A DNA stretch of 40,483 bases from Actinomycetota bacterium (GCA_030838785.1 JAUZEY010000019.1:1-40483), one strand, 5' to 3'; counted from the first letter of the stretch, positions 1 to 9,284 are shown. Made by a program: numbers and translations. Notes: generated by a model from the sequence alone, not told the origin.

Positions 1-111
1 CCGGACGTGTTGTGAGAGTGCTGGTTGGGCGATGAACATCCGTTCCGCGGCCCGCCCGAAATGTCGTTCCTCGGCTACCGCCATGAAAAACTTGATCTGG
101 CGCAACTCCAT
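1..111 (-). CDS. LysR-family transcriptional regulator, N-terminal fragment (continues beyond left edge)
   Basis: Reverse-strand translation from ATG at 111 gives [37 protein letters not shown], a canonical LysR winged-HTH. It is absent from the ORF track because there is no stop in the window. Confidence 0.6.
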   Translation of the reverse strand, partial: MELRQIKFFMAVAEERHFGRAAERMFIAQPALSQHVR

Positions 112-305
112 CTCAGACCTCTCTCTCGCCCCGCAGCCCCTCGAACGAGCATCGCATCCCAACCCAGCCCAGTCTTCACAGCCAGCAACCATCTCCACAC
201 CCCAGCTCACCGGTACCCCCCACTACCAGGTAGCTGCAAGGCGAGAAACGGCGGATGACGCGGGGCTGTCCACAAGCTTTCGAGCGGGACACGGCTGTCA
301 GCCGG

Positions 306-353
306 GAACTGCGCGGTCGCGTGATGTCAGGCCCCCGAGCGCTCCGGCACACT
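306..353 (+). promoter_or_regulatory. Recurrent 23-nt box + CAnnCT hexamer, copy 1 (upstream of REC/HK/LuxR operon)
   Basis: GAACTGCGCGGTCGCGTGATGTC at 306-328, then CACACT at 348-353 (21 nt after GTGATG). ATG 361 lies 7 nt after the hexamer. Confidence 0.55.
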
Positions 354-360
354 GAAGGAC

Positions 361-996
361 ATGACGCAGCGGCGAAGCGATCCGCGGCGCTGTAGGACCA
401 CGTCGGCAGCGGGCGGGGCTTGCCCTCCCCTAGCCCCCGGCCCGTATCGCCGACGGGGCGGTGTCGAGGGTGTGACCGCGACCGCCCTCGGCACCGCCGA
501 ACCCGCACGACCGCTGCCCCACGAACGGGCGACCGCACAACGCTCTCTCGTAGCCACCCTCCGGGCGATTTTCCTGCTAGCCGGGATGTGTCCGGCGGGA
601 CCGGCTGCGATGCTGACGGTCATGGCCCTGCGCTGCCTTATCGTGGACGACAACGCGGGATTTCTTCGCTCGGCGCGCCTGCTCCTGCAGCGCGAGGGCG
701 TCGACGTCGTGGCTATCGCCTCCGACGGGGACGAGGCGCGGCGGCAAACCGCAGAGTTCAGACCGGACGTGGTGCTGCTCGACGTCGACCTCGGCGCCGA
801 GAGCGGGTTCGAGGTGGCGGGGCGGTTGCACGCCGATCCCGGTCCGTCACCGCCGGATCTGATCATGATCTCGATCCACGGCGAGGAGGACCTGGCCGAT
901 CTGATCGCCGCCAGTCCGGCGGTCGGCTTCATCGGCAAGCCGCACCTGTCAGCCCAGGCGATCCGGGACCTTCTCGACCGGCCTCGAAGAACCTGA
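361..996 (+). CDS. Stand-alone receiver (REC) domain response regulator
   Basis: C-terminal 125 aa are a CheY-like receiver: LIVDDN, phospho-acceptor context VVLLDVDLG, MISIH, GFIGKP. The start is uncertain. ATG 361 fits a leaderless start 7 nt after the CACACT hexamer. ATG 610 or 622 would give a bare REC domain. Confidence 0.8.
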   Translation: MTQRRSDPRRCRTTSAAGGACPPLAPGPYRRRGGVEGVTATALGTAEPARPLPHERATAQRSLVATLRAIFLLAGMCPAGPAAMLTVMALRCLIVDDNAGFLRSARLLLQREGVDVVAIASDGDEARRQTAEFRPDVVLLDVDLGAESGFEVAGRLHADPGPSPPDLIMISIHGEEDLADLIAASPAVGFIGKPHLSAQAIRDLLDRPRRT

Positions 997-1007
997 CCGC
1001 GCCTTCC

Positions 1008-2969
1008 GTGTCCAATGGCGCAGGGGCCGGGAAGGGACTGATCCGCCGGACGGTCGTCGCCGGCGGCGTGCTCGCCCTCGTCGTCGGCATCGCCTTCACG
1101 GTCGTGCTCGTGGCGATCGGCGACCTGCACCACTCGGCGGTGCTGGCCAGTGAATCGAATCGGGTCCTCTCCGCCGGGAACCATCTCGAGCGCCTGGTCA
1201 TCGACCTCGAGACCGGACTGCGGGGGTTCCTCATCACGGGCGAGGAACGCTTTCTCGCTCCCTGGGACGACGCTCAGCGTGCCTTTCCCCAACAGGCCCA
1301 GATGTTCGAGGGGCTGGCCGCCGCCCACGATGCGGGCCAGGGACGCCGGGCGCAACAGATCGCCCAGGCGGGGGTCGCCTACATCAACGAGTACTCGGTT
1401 CCGGCGGTCGAGACGGCGAGGCGGATAGCGGCGGCGGCGCCGCCGCCGACCACCTCGAGGCTCCTGGCGCCGTCACCCCGCCTGATTGCCGTGGCCGACG
1501 AGGGAAAACGGCGCGTCGACGAGCTGCGCCGGCAGTTCGACGCCTTCGCCGGGGTCGAAGACGAGCTCGCCGCGTCGCGCCAGGGGCGCTCGAGCAACGC
1601 CGCCGGACGGGCGACGGGGGCCGCCACGGCGGGCATCGCGGGGTCGGTCCTCCTCGTCGCGCTCTTCACCGACTATCTGACCCGGACGATCGTGCGCCCT
1701 GTCCGCCGGGCGGCGAGCATGGCCGGACGGCTGGCAGGTGGGGACTTCGCCGTGCGACTGCCCGAGACGGGGGCGGCGGAGATCGGCGCGCTGGAGCGCT
1801 CCTTCAACAGCATGGGCAGCTCTCTCCAGACGAGCCACATCGAGCTTCGCCAGCTCCTGGAGGAACAGGCCGCGTTGCGGCGCGTGGCCACCCTGGTGGC
1901 GCGGGCCGTCTCCCCGGCCGAGGTCTTCGAGGCGGTCGCCCGTGAGGTGGCTCGATTGCTGGATGCACCGGCCACCGGGCTGCTCCGCTACGAGACCGAC
2001 CGGACGGCCACCATCGTGGCGCTCGGGGGCGAGCTCGCCCAGGATCTGCCCATCGGCAGTCGCGTCCCGCTCGAAGGGGCCAACGCCGCGACGTCGGTCA
2101 TGCACACAGGCCGCGCCACCCGGGTCGAGAGCTATGAAGACGCGCCCGGTGTCGTCGCCGCCATGGCGCGCCGGCTCGGCCTTCGCTACGGGGTCGCGGC
2201 ACCCATTGCGGTCGAGGGCCGGCTGTGGGGAGTGATCGGTGCTTCCTGGAACCGGCCGGGGCCCCTCCCGGCCGGGATGGAGGGCCGCCTGACCCAGTTC
2301 ACCGATCTCGTCGCCACCGCCGTGGCCAACGCCGCCAACCGCGCCGAGCTCAGCGCCTCGCGGGCCCGGGTCGTCGCCGCCGCCGACGAGACCCGCCGCC
2401 GCATCGAGCGTGATCTGCACGATGGCACGCAACAACGTCTCGTTTCCATGGCGCTCGACCTGCGCAGCGCCGAGGCGGCGGTGCCGCCGGCGCTGGTCGG
2501 GCTCAAGGCGCAGCTGTCCGTGGTGGTCGAGGGCCTGACGGGGACGATGGAGGACCTGCAGGAGATCTCGCGCGGCATTCACCCGGCGATCCTCTCGAAG
2601 GGTGGTCTCGCCGCCGCGCTCCGGACGCTCGCCCGTCACGCCTCCGTTCCGGTCGCCCTCGACGTCCCGGCCGACCTGCCGCTGCCGGAGAGCGTCGAAG
2701 TCGCCGTGTACTACCTGGTATCGGAAGCACTGACGAACGTTGCCCGGCACGCCCACGCCTCCGTGATGCACGTCGGCCTGACCGTCGATGACGATGTCGT
2801 GCAGGTCTGCGTTCGCGACGATGGGGTCGGAGGAGCCCGTCCCGAGCGGGGGTCGGGTCTCATCGGGCTCCGGGACCGCATCGAGGCGCTGGGCGGAACG
2901 ATTGACGTCGCCAGTCCCGAGGGGCAGGGCACCACCCTCCGGGTCAAGATCCCGCTCGGAGCACGGTAA
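1008..2969 (+). CDS. Sensor histidine kinase, CHASE3-HAMP-GAF-HisKA_3-HATPase_c
   Basis: In-frame GTG at 1008, 12 nt after the REC stop. TM helix LALVVGIAFTVVLVAIG. CHASE3-like ERLVIDLETGLRGFLITGEERFLAPW. H-box RRRIERDLHDGTQQRL. N/G boxes EALTNVARHA, DDGVGG, GSGLIGLRDRIEALGG. Confidence 0.9.
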   Translation: MSNGAGAGKGLIRRTVVAGGVLALVVGIAFTVVLVAIGDLHHSAVLASESNRVLSAGNHLERLVIDLETGLRGFLITGEERFLAPWDDAQRAFPQQAQMFEGLAAAHDAGQGRRAQQIAQAGVAYINEYSVPAVETARRIAAAAPPPTTSRLLAPSPRLIAVADEGKRRVDELRRQFDAFAGVEDELAASRQGRSSNAAGRATGAATAGIAGSVLLVALFTDYLTRTIVRPVRRAASMAGRLAGGDFAVRLPETGAAEIGALERSFNSMGSSLQTSHIELRQLLEEQAALRRVATLVARAVSPAEVFEAVAREVARLLDAPATGLLRYETDRTATIVALGGELAQDLPIGSRVPLEGANAATSVMHTGRATRVESYEDAPGVVAAMARRLGLRYGVAAPIAVEGRLWGVIGASWNRPGPLPAGMEGRLTQFTDLVATAVANAANRAELSASRARVVAAADETRRRIERDLHDGTQQRLVSMALDLRSAEAAVPPALVGLKAQLSVVVEGLTGTMEDLQEISRGIHPAILSKGGLAAALRTLARHASVPVALDVPADLPLPESVEVAVYYLVSEALTNVARHAHASVMHVGLTVDDDVVQVCVRDDGVGGARPERGSGLIGLRDRIEALGGTIDVASPEGQGTTLRVKIPLGAR

Positions 2970-3019
2970 ACGTGACGCGCCATTCGGTTCCTGACCCGGC
3001 ACTCTGCCACGATGGGGCC

Positions 3020-3673
3020 ATGAGTATGGGGCGGGTGGTCCTGGCCGACGACGACATCCTCCTCCGGGAAGGGCTAGCGAGCCTGCTCGAGCGCTCGGGC
3101 TACGAGGTGGTGGGCCAGGCCGGTGACGGCACCCAGCTCACGGACCTGGTCCGGAAGCTCCTGCCCGACCTGGTCGTCATCGACATCCGGATGCCGCCCA
3201 CCCACTCCGTCGAAGGCCTGGACGCGGCGCGCCTGATCCGGCAGGAGTTCCCGGAAACCGGGATCCTGGTCCTCTCGGCTCACGTCGAGACGCATCAGGC
3301 CATGGAGCTGCTGGCCGGGGGAAGCCGGATCGGCTACCTGCTCAAGAGCCGGGTCACCGACGTCGAGGAGTTCGTCGACACCCTGGGGCGGATCCTGAAG
3401 GGCGCTTCGATCGTCGATCCGGGTCTGGTCCACGAGCTGGTCAGTGCCCACCGGGTCGACGATCCGCTGGCCCGGCTGTCGGCCCGGGAGCGCGAGGTGC
3501 TGGCGCAGATGGCCGAGGGCCGCTCCAATGCCGGGATCGCCCGCCGGCTCTTCGTCAGCGAAGGGACCGTCGAGAAACACGTACGGAGCATCCTGGCCAA
3601 GCTCGATCTCGAGGAGACGGACGAGGACCACCGCCGTGTCCTCGCCGTCATCGCCTTCCTCGACGCCCACTGA
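3020..3673 (+). CDS. NarL/FixJ (LuxR)-family response regulator
   Basis: ATG 3020 gives MSMGRVVLADDDILLREG. Receiver has DLVVIDIRMPP. C-terminal LuxR HTH LSAREREVLAQMAEGRSNAGIARRLFVSEGTVEKHVRSILAKL. Confidence 0.9.
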   Translation: MSMGRVVLADDDILLREGLASLLERSGYEVVGQAGDGTQLTDLVRKLLPDLVVIDIRMPPTHSVEGLDAARLIRQEFPETGILVLSAHVETHQAMELLAGGSRIGYLLKSRVTDVEEFVDTLGRILKGASIVDPGLVHELVSAHRVDDPLARLSAREREVLAQMAEGRSNAGIARRLFVSEGTVEKHVRSILAKLDLEETDEDHRRVLAVIAFLDAH

Positions 3674-3684
3674 GCCCGTCCGCC

Positions 3685-3748
3685 GAACTGCGCGGTCGCC
3701 GAACTGCGCGGTCGCGTGGTGCGCGGTCGGGGCCGGTTCCCTCAGACT
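3685..3748 (+). promoter_or_regulatory. Recurrent box, copy 2 (5' 16 nt tandemly duplicated) + CAGACT hexamer
   Basis: GAACTGCGCGGTCGCC at 3685-3700, immediately followed by GAACTGCGCGGTCGCGTGGTGCG at 3701-3723. CAGACT at 3743-3748. ATG 3757 lies 8 nt after the hexamer. Confidence 0.5.
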
Positions 3749-3756
3749 GACGCCTC

Positions 3757-4125
3757 ATGGAACGACGACTGGTTCTCGTGCACGAGCGACGCGAGCGCAT
3801 CATCGCCCCCTTGGACCTGGTGTGGGACGAGATCGATTCGCTCGACGGGGCCCGCGCCGCGGCCAGGTTCGAGCTCACCTGGGGTCCGCTCAAGTGGCCC
3901 CTCGACGTGGACGTCACCATGACGCTGACGGCGGTTGGCACGTCGGAGACCCGGCTCGACTGTCGGGGCCACCTGGAGACCCGGCACCGACTCGCCGCCC
4001 CGCTGCGACGCCTGTGCCACGACGTCGTCGAACACCACGTGCGGACTATGGTCCAACGGGTGAAGACCCGGGCCGAGCAGCGCCGGCTAGCGGTGGAATG
4101 TCTGTTGCGCTCTGCTCCCGGCTGA
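3757..4125 (+). CDS. Small hypothetical protein, SRPBCC-like (weak)
   Basis: 122-aa ORF with high GC3. The N-terminus [17 protein letters not shown] resembles the SRPBCC / polyketide-cyclase fold. Box copy 2 lies directly upstream. The last 80 nt overlap the convergent CoA-transferase gene. Confidence 0.45.
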   Translation: MERRLVLVHERRERIIAPLDLVWDEIDSLDGARAAARFELTWGPLKWPLDVDVTMTLTAVGTSETRLDCRGHLETRHRLAAPLRRLCHDVVEHHVRTMVQRVKTRAEQRRLAVECLLRSAPG

Positions 4126-6040
4126 GTGCCTCCTTGGCCGCCTGGAGATCGGGATAGACCGTCTGCTCCAGGTGCGCCGGCGCCAGATGGCCGGCCAGTT
4201 GGCGGCGGAAGAAGGCGTTGGTGGAGTGGCGGGTCGAGGAGACGAAGTAGCGCTCCTGGTTATGGGCCACCATGGCGGAGAACGCGTCGGCTGCGGCCGG
4301 CGCGAGGGCGAAGTTGTCGTAGTTCACGATGACCTGGACGCGCTGTCCGATGGCGCCGAAGCGGTCGTCGAAGAAGTCGGTCAGCCGGGCCACGTCGGCC
4401 TCGGAGTCGAGGGTCAGGCCCTCGAAGTTCACGTAGGCGATGTTCTCCCGGGGGTCGTAGCGGACACGGTCCTCGAGCGCCATCGGCGAACCACACCGAA
4501 GCTCCATCGGACCCTCCCGGAAGATCCGGGGATCCATCTCCGCCAGGTCGGGCGCAATGGCCGGCCGGAAGCCCATCTGGGCCAGCACGTCCCGTTCGAG
4601 GTCCACGCCGGGGGCGATCTCGATCAGCTCCAGGCCGGCTTCGGTGAGCCGGAACACCGCCCGCTCGGTGATGTAGTGGACGCTCTGGCAGTGGTCGCGG
4701 GCGTACGGGCCGCTGAACGTCACCTGCCCGACCCGCTCGACGAACTTCAACTCCCGGGACTCCTGCACGATCCGGATGCGACCGTCTTCGACGGCGACCT
4801 TCGCCCGGGCCGCGAACGTCCCCAGGAAGTACACCGAGCGGGCGCTCTGGGTGATGTTGATGAACCCGCCCGCTCCCGCCAGTCGGTTCGCGAAGCGGCT
4901 CACGTTGACGTTGCCCTCGGCATCGATCTCCGCCGCGCCCACGAACGCCTGGTCGAGCCCGCCCCCGTCGTAGAAGTCGAACTGGTACGGCTGGTCGATC
5001 ACCGCCTGGGCATTGGCCACCGCGCCGAAGCTCAGCCCGCTGGCGGGCATGCCGCCGATCCCGCCCGGCTCGACGGTCAGCGTGATCGAGTCGAGGATGC
5101 CCTCTTCGTGGGCCACCGACGCCATGCCTTCGGGGATGCCGATACCGAGGTTCACGACCGAGTTCAGGCGCAGTGACATCGCCGCCCGGCGGGCGATCAC
5201 CTTGCGGGGGGTGAGCGGCAGGGGCGCCAGGGCCGAGGCCGGCAGGGTCACCTCGCCGGAGTAAGCCGCGTTGTAGTCCTCCGAGAAGGTCTGCGGGTGA
5301 TAGTGGGGTGGGGCGACGACCACCGCGTCGACGAGCATCCCGGGCAACACGACGTCGTGGGGGCGGCCGTGGTGCCGCTCCGTGATCCGTTCGACCTGGG
5401 CGATCACCACGCCGTCGGAGTTCCTGGCCGCCTGGGCCATCGACAGCGCCTCCAGGGTGAGGGCCTCGCGCTCCATCGTGATGTTGCCCTCGGGGTCGGC
5501 GGTCGTCCCCCGCACCAGCGCCACGTCGATCGGGAACGTCGGGTAGAACAGGAACTCCTCGCCTTCGACGGTGATCCGCTTGACCACTTCGCCGGTGGCG
5601 CGGGCGTTGAGCCGCCCACCCTCGAGGCGGGGATCGACGAACGTGTGCAGGCCGATCGTGGTCACCAGCCCGGGCCGTCCGGCGGCGATCTCCCGGAACA
5701 GGTGCGAGATCACCCCCTGCGGCAGGCAGTAGGCCTCCAGTCGTTCCGCCCGGGCCAGGGTCCCCAGCTTCGGCACCAGGCCCCAATGCCCGCCGATGAC
5801 TCGGCTCACCATCCCTTCGTGGGCGAAGTGGTTGAGCCCCCGCTCGCCGCCGTCCCCCTGGCCGGCGGCGTAGACCAGCGTCAGATCCCGCGGTGAACTG
5901 GTGGCCAGGAAGCGCTCTTCCAACGCCACCGCCAGCGCCTCGGGAAAGCCGATCCCGACGAAGCCGCTGGTGGCGATGGTGTCGCCGTTGAACACGATCC
6001 GCGCCGCGTCAGCGGCGGAGATGACCTTGTTGCGTCGCAT
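4046..6040 (-). CDS. Family I acyl-CoA:acetate/3-ketoacid CoA-transferase (YdiF/Pct-like, long form)
   Basis: [36 protein letters not shown]..., with both CoA-transferase subunit-like halves in one chain. ATG at 6040; an alternative ATG lies at 6067. Confidence 0.88.
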   Translation of the reverse strand: MRRNKVISAADAARIVFNGDTIATSGFVGIGFPEALAVALEERFLATSSPRDLTLVYAAGQGDGGERGLNHFAHEGMVSRVIGGHWGLVPKLGTLARAERLEAYCLPQGVISHLFREIAAGRPGLVTTIGLHTFVDPRLEGGRLNARATGEVVKRITVEGEEFLFYPTFPIDVALVRGTTADPEGNITMEREALTLEALSMAQAARNSDGVVIAQVERITERHHGRPHDVVLPGMLVDAVVVAPPHYHPQTFSEDYNAAYSGEVTLPASALAPLPLTPRKVIARRAAMSLRLNSVVNLGIGIPEGMASVAHEEGILDSITLTVEPGGIGGMPASGLSFGAVANAQAVIDQPYQFDFYDGGGLDQAFVGAAEIDAEGNVNVSRFANRLAGAGGFINITQSARSVYFLGTFAARAKVAVEDGRIRIVQESRELKFVERVGQVTFSGPYARDHCQSVHYITERAVFRLTEAGLELIEIAPGVDLERDVLAQMGFRPAIAPDLAEMDPRIFREGPMELRCGSPMALEDRVRYDPRENIAYVNFEGLTLDSEADVARLTDFFDDRFGAIGQRVQVIVNYDNFALAPAAADAFSAMVAHNQERYFVSSTRHSTNAFFRRQLAGHLAPAHLEQTVYPDLQAAKEALSREQSATDIPPLAGAARPGSSPVGP

Positions 6041-6213
6041 TGCGCCACCGTAGGTAAAGGCGTCCATGTAGGGGCCTGCTCTCAAGCGCGGTCTGGTCCT
6101 GTCCTCTGGCCAGGGCCGTTGGGCCGGTACCCGTGGTCAGATTGGACGGCCGCCAGCACCAAATCGGATGCAGTCGATTCGATAGTCGCAGATGAAAGGG
6201 GGGGCGGATGAGT

Positions 6214-7044
6214 CTAGGCAACCGCCAACATCGAGGCCGGCGCCGCCGCCGTGTGGCGCTTGAGGAAGCGGGCGATCTCCCGATCGGCCCGCGGCTCGTC
6301 GATGAAGTAGAGGTGGCCCGCCTGGGGCTGCAGCCGCAGTTCGGCGCCCGGGATCCTCTCGGCCAGTATCCGGGCATTTTGCGCCGGAATGGCCAGGTCC
6401 TGCTCGCCGTGCACGACCAGGGTGGGGGCGACGATCTGGTCGAGCCGCTCGAAGGTGGAGTGGGTGGCGACCGCGGCCGCCTGGTGCAGGTAGGTGACGG
6501 CATTGGGCGGCGTGCTCAGCCGGCGCTTGATGTTCTCGGCGATCCGCTCGGCGTGGAGCCGGCGCGTCGCCTCGGCGTAGGTGTACGGAACGGCGGCCCA
6601 CTCCGCCTCCTCCGAACCCATCAACCCGGCGCGGGCGAAGAACGTCATCGGGAGCGGCGAGGGCAGGACGGCGTGGCGGCCGCCGGGCGACGTGGCCCCG
6701 AGGACCAGCGCCTCCACACGGTCGGGATGGTGTAGTGCCAGCTCCTGCGCGACCATGCCGCCGAGCGACAGGCCGTACACGTGGGCGCGTTGCTCACCGG
6801 CGGCGTCCAGCACCGCCAGGGCGTCCTCGGCCATCTGCAGCACCGAATAGGGGAGTGCGGCGCGGCTGCTCCGGCCGGTGTCGCGGTTGTCGAAGGCGAT
6901 GACCCGGAAGGAACGGGCCAGGACCGGGATCGTGGACCACCACCCGTCCATCGTCATCCCCTGTCCGGCAATGAGCAGCACAGGCGGTCCGTGACCGGTG
7001 CTTTCCCAATAGAGCTCGACGGATCCGTTGCTGGTGACCGGCAT
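6214..7044 (-). CDS. Alpha/beta-fold hydrolase
   Basis: HGPPVLLIAGQG, nucleophile elbow GLSLGGMVAQ, HGEQD. SD GAGGAGG lies 8 nt before ATG 7044. Confidence 0.85.
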   Translation of the reverse strand: MPVTSNGSVELYWESTGHGPPVLLIAGQGMTMDGWWSTIPVLARSFRVIAFDNRDTGRSSRAALPYSVLQMAEDALAVLDAAGEQRAHVYGLSLGGMVAQELALHHPDRVEALVLGATSPGGRHAVLPSPLPMTFFARAGLMGSEEAEWAAVPYTYAEATRRLHAERIAENIKRRLSTPPNAVTYLHQAAAVATHSTFERLDQIVAPTLVVHGEQDLAIPAQNARILAERIPGAELRLQPQAGHLYFIDEPRADREIARFLKRHTAAAPASMLAVA

Positions 7045-7104
7045 GACTGAGTCCTCCTCGGTTGGTTGGTCACACCAGTGAACGGCGAGGAGGCGTCAGT
7101 TCGG

Positions 7105-7189
7105 GCTGGCCTCTGGTACTGACGCGCCCGTCTGTTCGGTACCCGGCCAGCGGCGCTGGCCTCTCGTACCGGCGAGCCCGTCTGTTCGG
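7105..7189. repeat. Two copies of a 35-nt direct repeat with 50-bp period in a divergent promoter region
   Basis: GCTGGCCTCTGGTACTGACGCGCCCGTCTGTTCGG (7105-7139) and GCTGGCCTCTCGTACCGGCGAGCCCGTCTGTTCGG (7155-7189). Confidence 0.7.
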
Positions 7190-7264
7190 CCAATGCTCGT
7201 GTTCTCCAGGGCGGCTTAGCGTGGTTCACGGCTGGGAGCCACCACATCAACGACTGGAGATCCA

Positions 7265-8143
7265 ATGAGCGTCATCGTCACAGGAGCGTCGGGCAAGCTC
7301 GGGCGTCTGGTTGCCGAGAACCTGATGGACCGTCTCCCGACCGCGGACCTCGTTCTCGTCAGCCGCCATCCCGAGGCGCTGAGGGACTTTGCCGCTCGTG
7401 GGGCGGACGTCCGCTACGGCGACTTCGACGAACCCCTCTCACTGCGGGACGCCTTCGCCGGCGGCGATCGCATGCTGTTGATCAGCACCGACGCCGTCGG
7501 TCGCCGCTTCACCCAGCACCGCGCCGCGATCGACGCGGCCGTCGCCGCCGGAGTCGGTCACGTGGTCTACACGTCGCACCCCCACCCCGTGGCCGGCAAT
7601 CCCCTCGGTCCGGTGGCGGAGGAGCACGGCGAGACGGAGGAGATGCTCCACGAGAGTGGGATCGGGTGGACCGCGCTGCGCTTCGGGACCTTCGCCGAGC
7701 TGCAGGTCCAGCCGGCGGCGCTGGCCGTCGCCGCCGGCCGGCTCGTCACCAACGGCGGCGCCGGACGCATCGTGCCCATCTCACGCCGCGACTGCGCCGA
7801 GGCGGCCGCCATCGTCCTTACCACCAGCGGCCACGGTGGCAGAACCTACGAGATCACGGGTCCCGAGGCCCTGTCCCAGGGCGACCTGGCGGCCCTGTAC
7901 GCCGAGGTGAGCGGCCGTTCGGTGAAGGTAACCCCGATCGGCGACAAGATGCTCGTCATGGGCCTCGTCCTCCACGGGACCCCCCGGCCGGTGGCCCGCG
8001 CCATCGCCGAGTTCGGGCGGGCCGTCCGCGAGGGTTTCTTCGACGTGGTGGATCCCGCGTTCGAAGGCCTCAGCGGACGGCCGCCCATGTCACTGCGGGA
8101 AGTGCTCATCCCGCATCGTGGAGATCTGCTGGAAGTGGCCTGA
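7265..8143 (+). CDS. NmrA-like / atypical SDR NAD(P)H-binding protein
   Basis: MSVIVTGASGKLGRLV Rossmann motif and overall NmrA/QorB-like layout. SD GGAG before the ATG. Confidence 0.85.
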   Translation: MSVIVTGASGKLGRLVAENLMDRLPTADLVLVSRHPEALRDFAARGADVRYGDFDEPLSLRDAFAGGDRMLLISTDAVGRRFTQHRAAIDAAVAAGVGHVVYTSHPHPVAGNPLGPVAEEHGETEEMLHESGIGWTALRFGTFAELQVQPAALAVAAGRLVTNGGAGRIVPISRRDCAEAAAIVLTTSGHGGRTYEITGPEALSQGDLAALYAEVSGRSVKVTPIGDKMLVMGLVLHGTPRPVARAIAEFGRAVREGFFDVVDPAFEGLSGRPPMSLREVLIPHRGDLLEVA

Positions 8144-8156
8144 GAGCCTCGGACCT

Positions 8157-9284
8157 CTAGGGCTTCGGATGACTCACGAAGAAGTCGTACATGGCTCGGG
8201 TCTCGTCCGGGCCCTGGGGGTCCGCGTACTGGGCGCACGTGCAACCGCCGGACCAGGCGTGGCTCATGTCCTGGACGAGCCAGAACTGGGCCAGCTCCTT
8301 GCCATGGCTGTCGACGTAATCGCGCACGGTGTAGGCGTGGCCGTTCGGGACCTGGCCGTTCCGCGTCGTGACGGGCGCGGCGGGGATCGAGCTGTTGCTC
8401 GAGCCGTCGTCGGCCCAGTCGGCGGTGGTCTGCCACTGCCGGATGAGTTGATCGGCATTGACCGCCGGCACGGTGGTGTCCTTGCTGCCGTGGAAGATCA
8501 GGGTCGGCACCACGCGGGCCTGAGTGCCCATGGCCCGGTAGGCCTGCTCGCCGGCCTTCACCGGGTCGACGTAGCTACCCCCGTACTGGAGACCCGATCC
8601 CACGCCGATGGCGCCGAAGAGGTCGGGGTAGGTCGCCCCCATGACGGCTGCCATCGCTCCTCCGGCGGAGAAGCCGGTCACGAAGGTCCGCTTGGTGTCG
8701 ATGCTGTAGTGCTGCTGGGCCCACTGCGTGATCCCGGCGATGATCGACGGCTCACCCGAGCCGCGCTGCATGTCGGTGGGAAGGAACCAGTTCCAGCAGT
8801 GGAGGTAGTTGGCGCTCTGGGGCTGTTCGGGATAGACGACGATGAAGTTGTTCGCCTCGGCCAACTTGTCGAACTGGGTCAGCGAGCGGATGTCGGCGGC
8901 GCTCTCGGTGCATCCGTGCAGGACGACGACCAACGGCACCGGCGTCCCGGCCTTATAGGTCGACGGCACGTAGCCCTGGTAGGAGCGGGTCCCGGCCGAG
9001 TTCGTGAAGTTGCCCGAGAAGTTCCTCGTGACGCCACCCCCGAAGCCCCCGCCGAAGAGCCCCCCGAGGATGTTCGAGAAATCTATTCCGAGGAGGTTCG
9101 GGAGGTTCCCCAGGGAAGGGAGGCTCCCCAAGGAAGGCAGGCTCCCCAAGGAAGGGAGCGGTGGGGTCGTCAACGTGGCGGCCTGGGCGACCTGCGGGAC
9201 CGGCTGCCAGACGACGGTGGTGACTGCCGCCAACAGTGCCGCGAGCGGCACCCACAGGGCAGATCTTCTCTTTGGCGCGCGCAT
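8157..9284 (-). CDS. Secreted PHB-depolymerase-family esterase (LpqC-like)
   Basis: Signal peptide MRAPKRRSALWVPLAALLAAV...AQA. Repeat LPSLGSLPSLGSLPSLGN. Catalytic region VVVLHGCTESA and GFSAGGAMAAVMG. Confidence 0.85.
   Translation of the reverse strand: MRAPKRRSALWVPLAALLAAVTTVVWQPVPQVAQAATLTTPPLPSLGSLPSLGSLPSLGNLPNLLGIDFSNILGGLFGGGFGGGVTRNFSGNFTNSAGTRSYQGYVPSTYKAGTPVPLVVVLHGCTESAADIRSLTQFDKLAEANNFIVVYPEQPQSANYLHCWNWFLPTDMQRGSGEPSIIAGITQWAQQHYSIDTKRTFVTGFSAGGAMAAVMGATYPDLFGAIGVGSGLQYGGSYVDPVKAGEQAYRAMGTQARVVPTLIFHGSKDTTVPAVNADQLIRQWQTTADWADDGSSNSSIPAAPVTTRNGQVPNGHAYTVRDYVDSHGKELAQFWLVQDMSHAWSGGCTCAQYADPQGPDETRAMYDFFVSHPKP
9101..9154 (-). repeat. 3 x 18-nt in-frame tandem repeat (encodes LPSLGS) in the esterase linker
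   Basis: GGAGGTTCCCCAGGGAAG / GGAGGCTCCCCAAGGAAG / GCAGGCTCCCCAAGGAAG on the + strand. Confidence 0.8.

Noticed and set aside
327-1355. 342-aa minus-strand ORF across the REC gene and the start of the kinase gene
   Set aside because: It is antisense to two genes with clear domain signatures. The product is Arg/Ala/Ser-rich low-complexity sequence with no motif, a typical GC-rich shadow ORF.
1473-3002. 509-aa minus-strand ORF
   Set aside because: It is fully antisense to the CHASE3-GAF kinase and has no recognisable domains or SD.
6139-6187. Possible degenerate box copy upstream of the CoA-transferase gene (GACTATCGAATCGACTGCAT ... CAATCT)
   Set aside because: It matches only about 14 of 20 positions, and only with gaps. 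The hexamer spacing is 23 nt instead of 20-21. It is mentioned as weak and not annotated.
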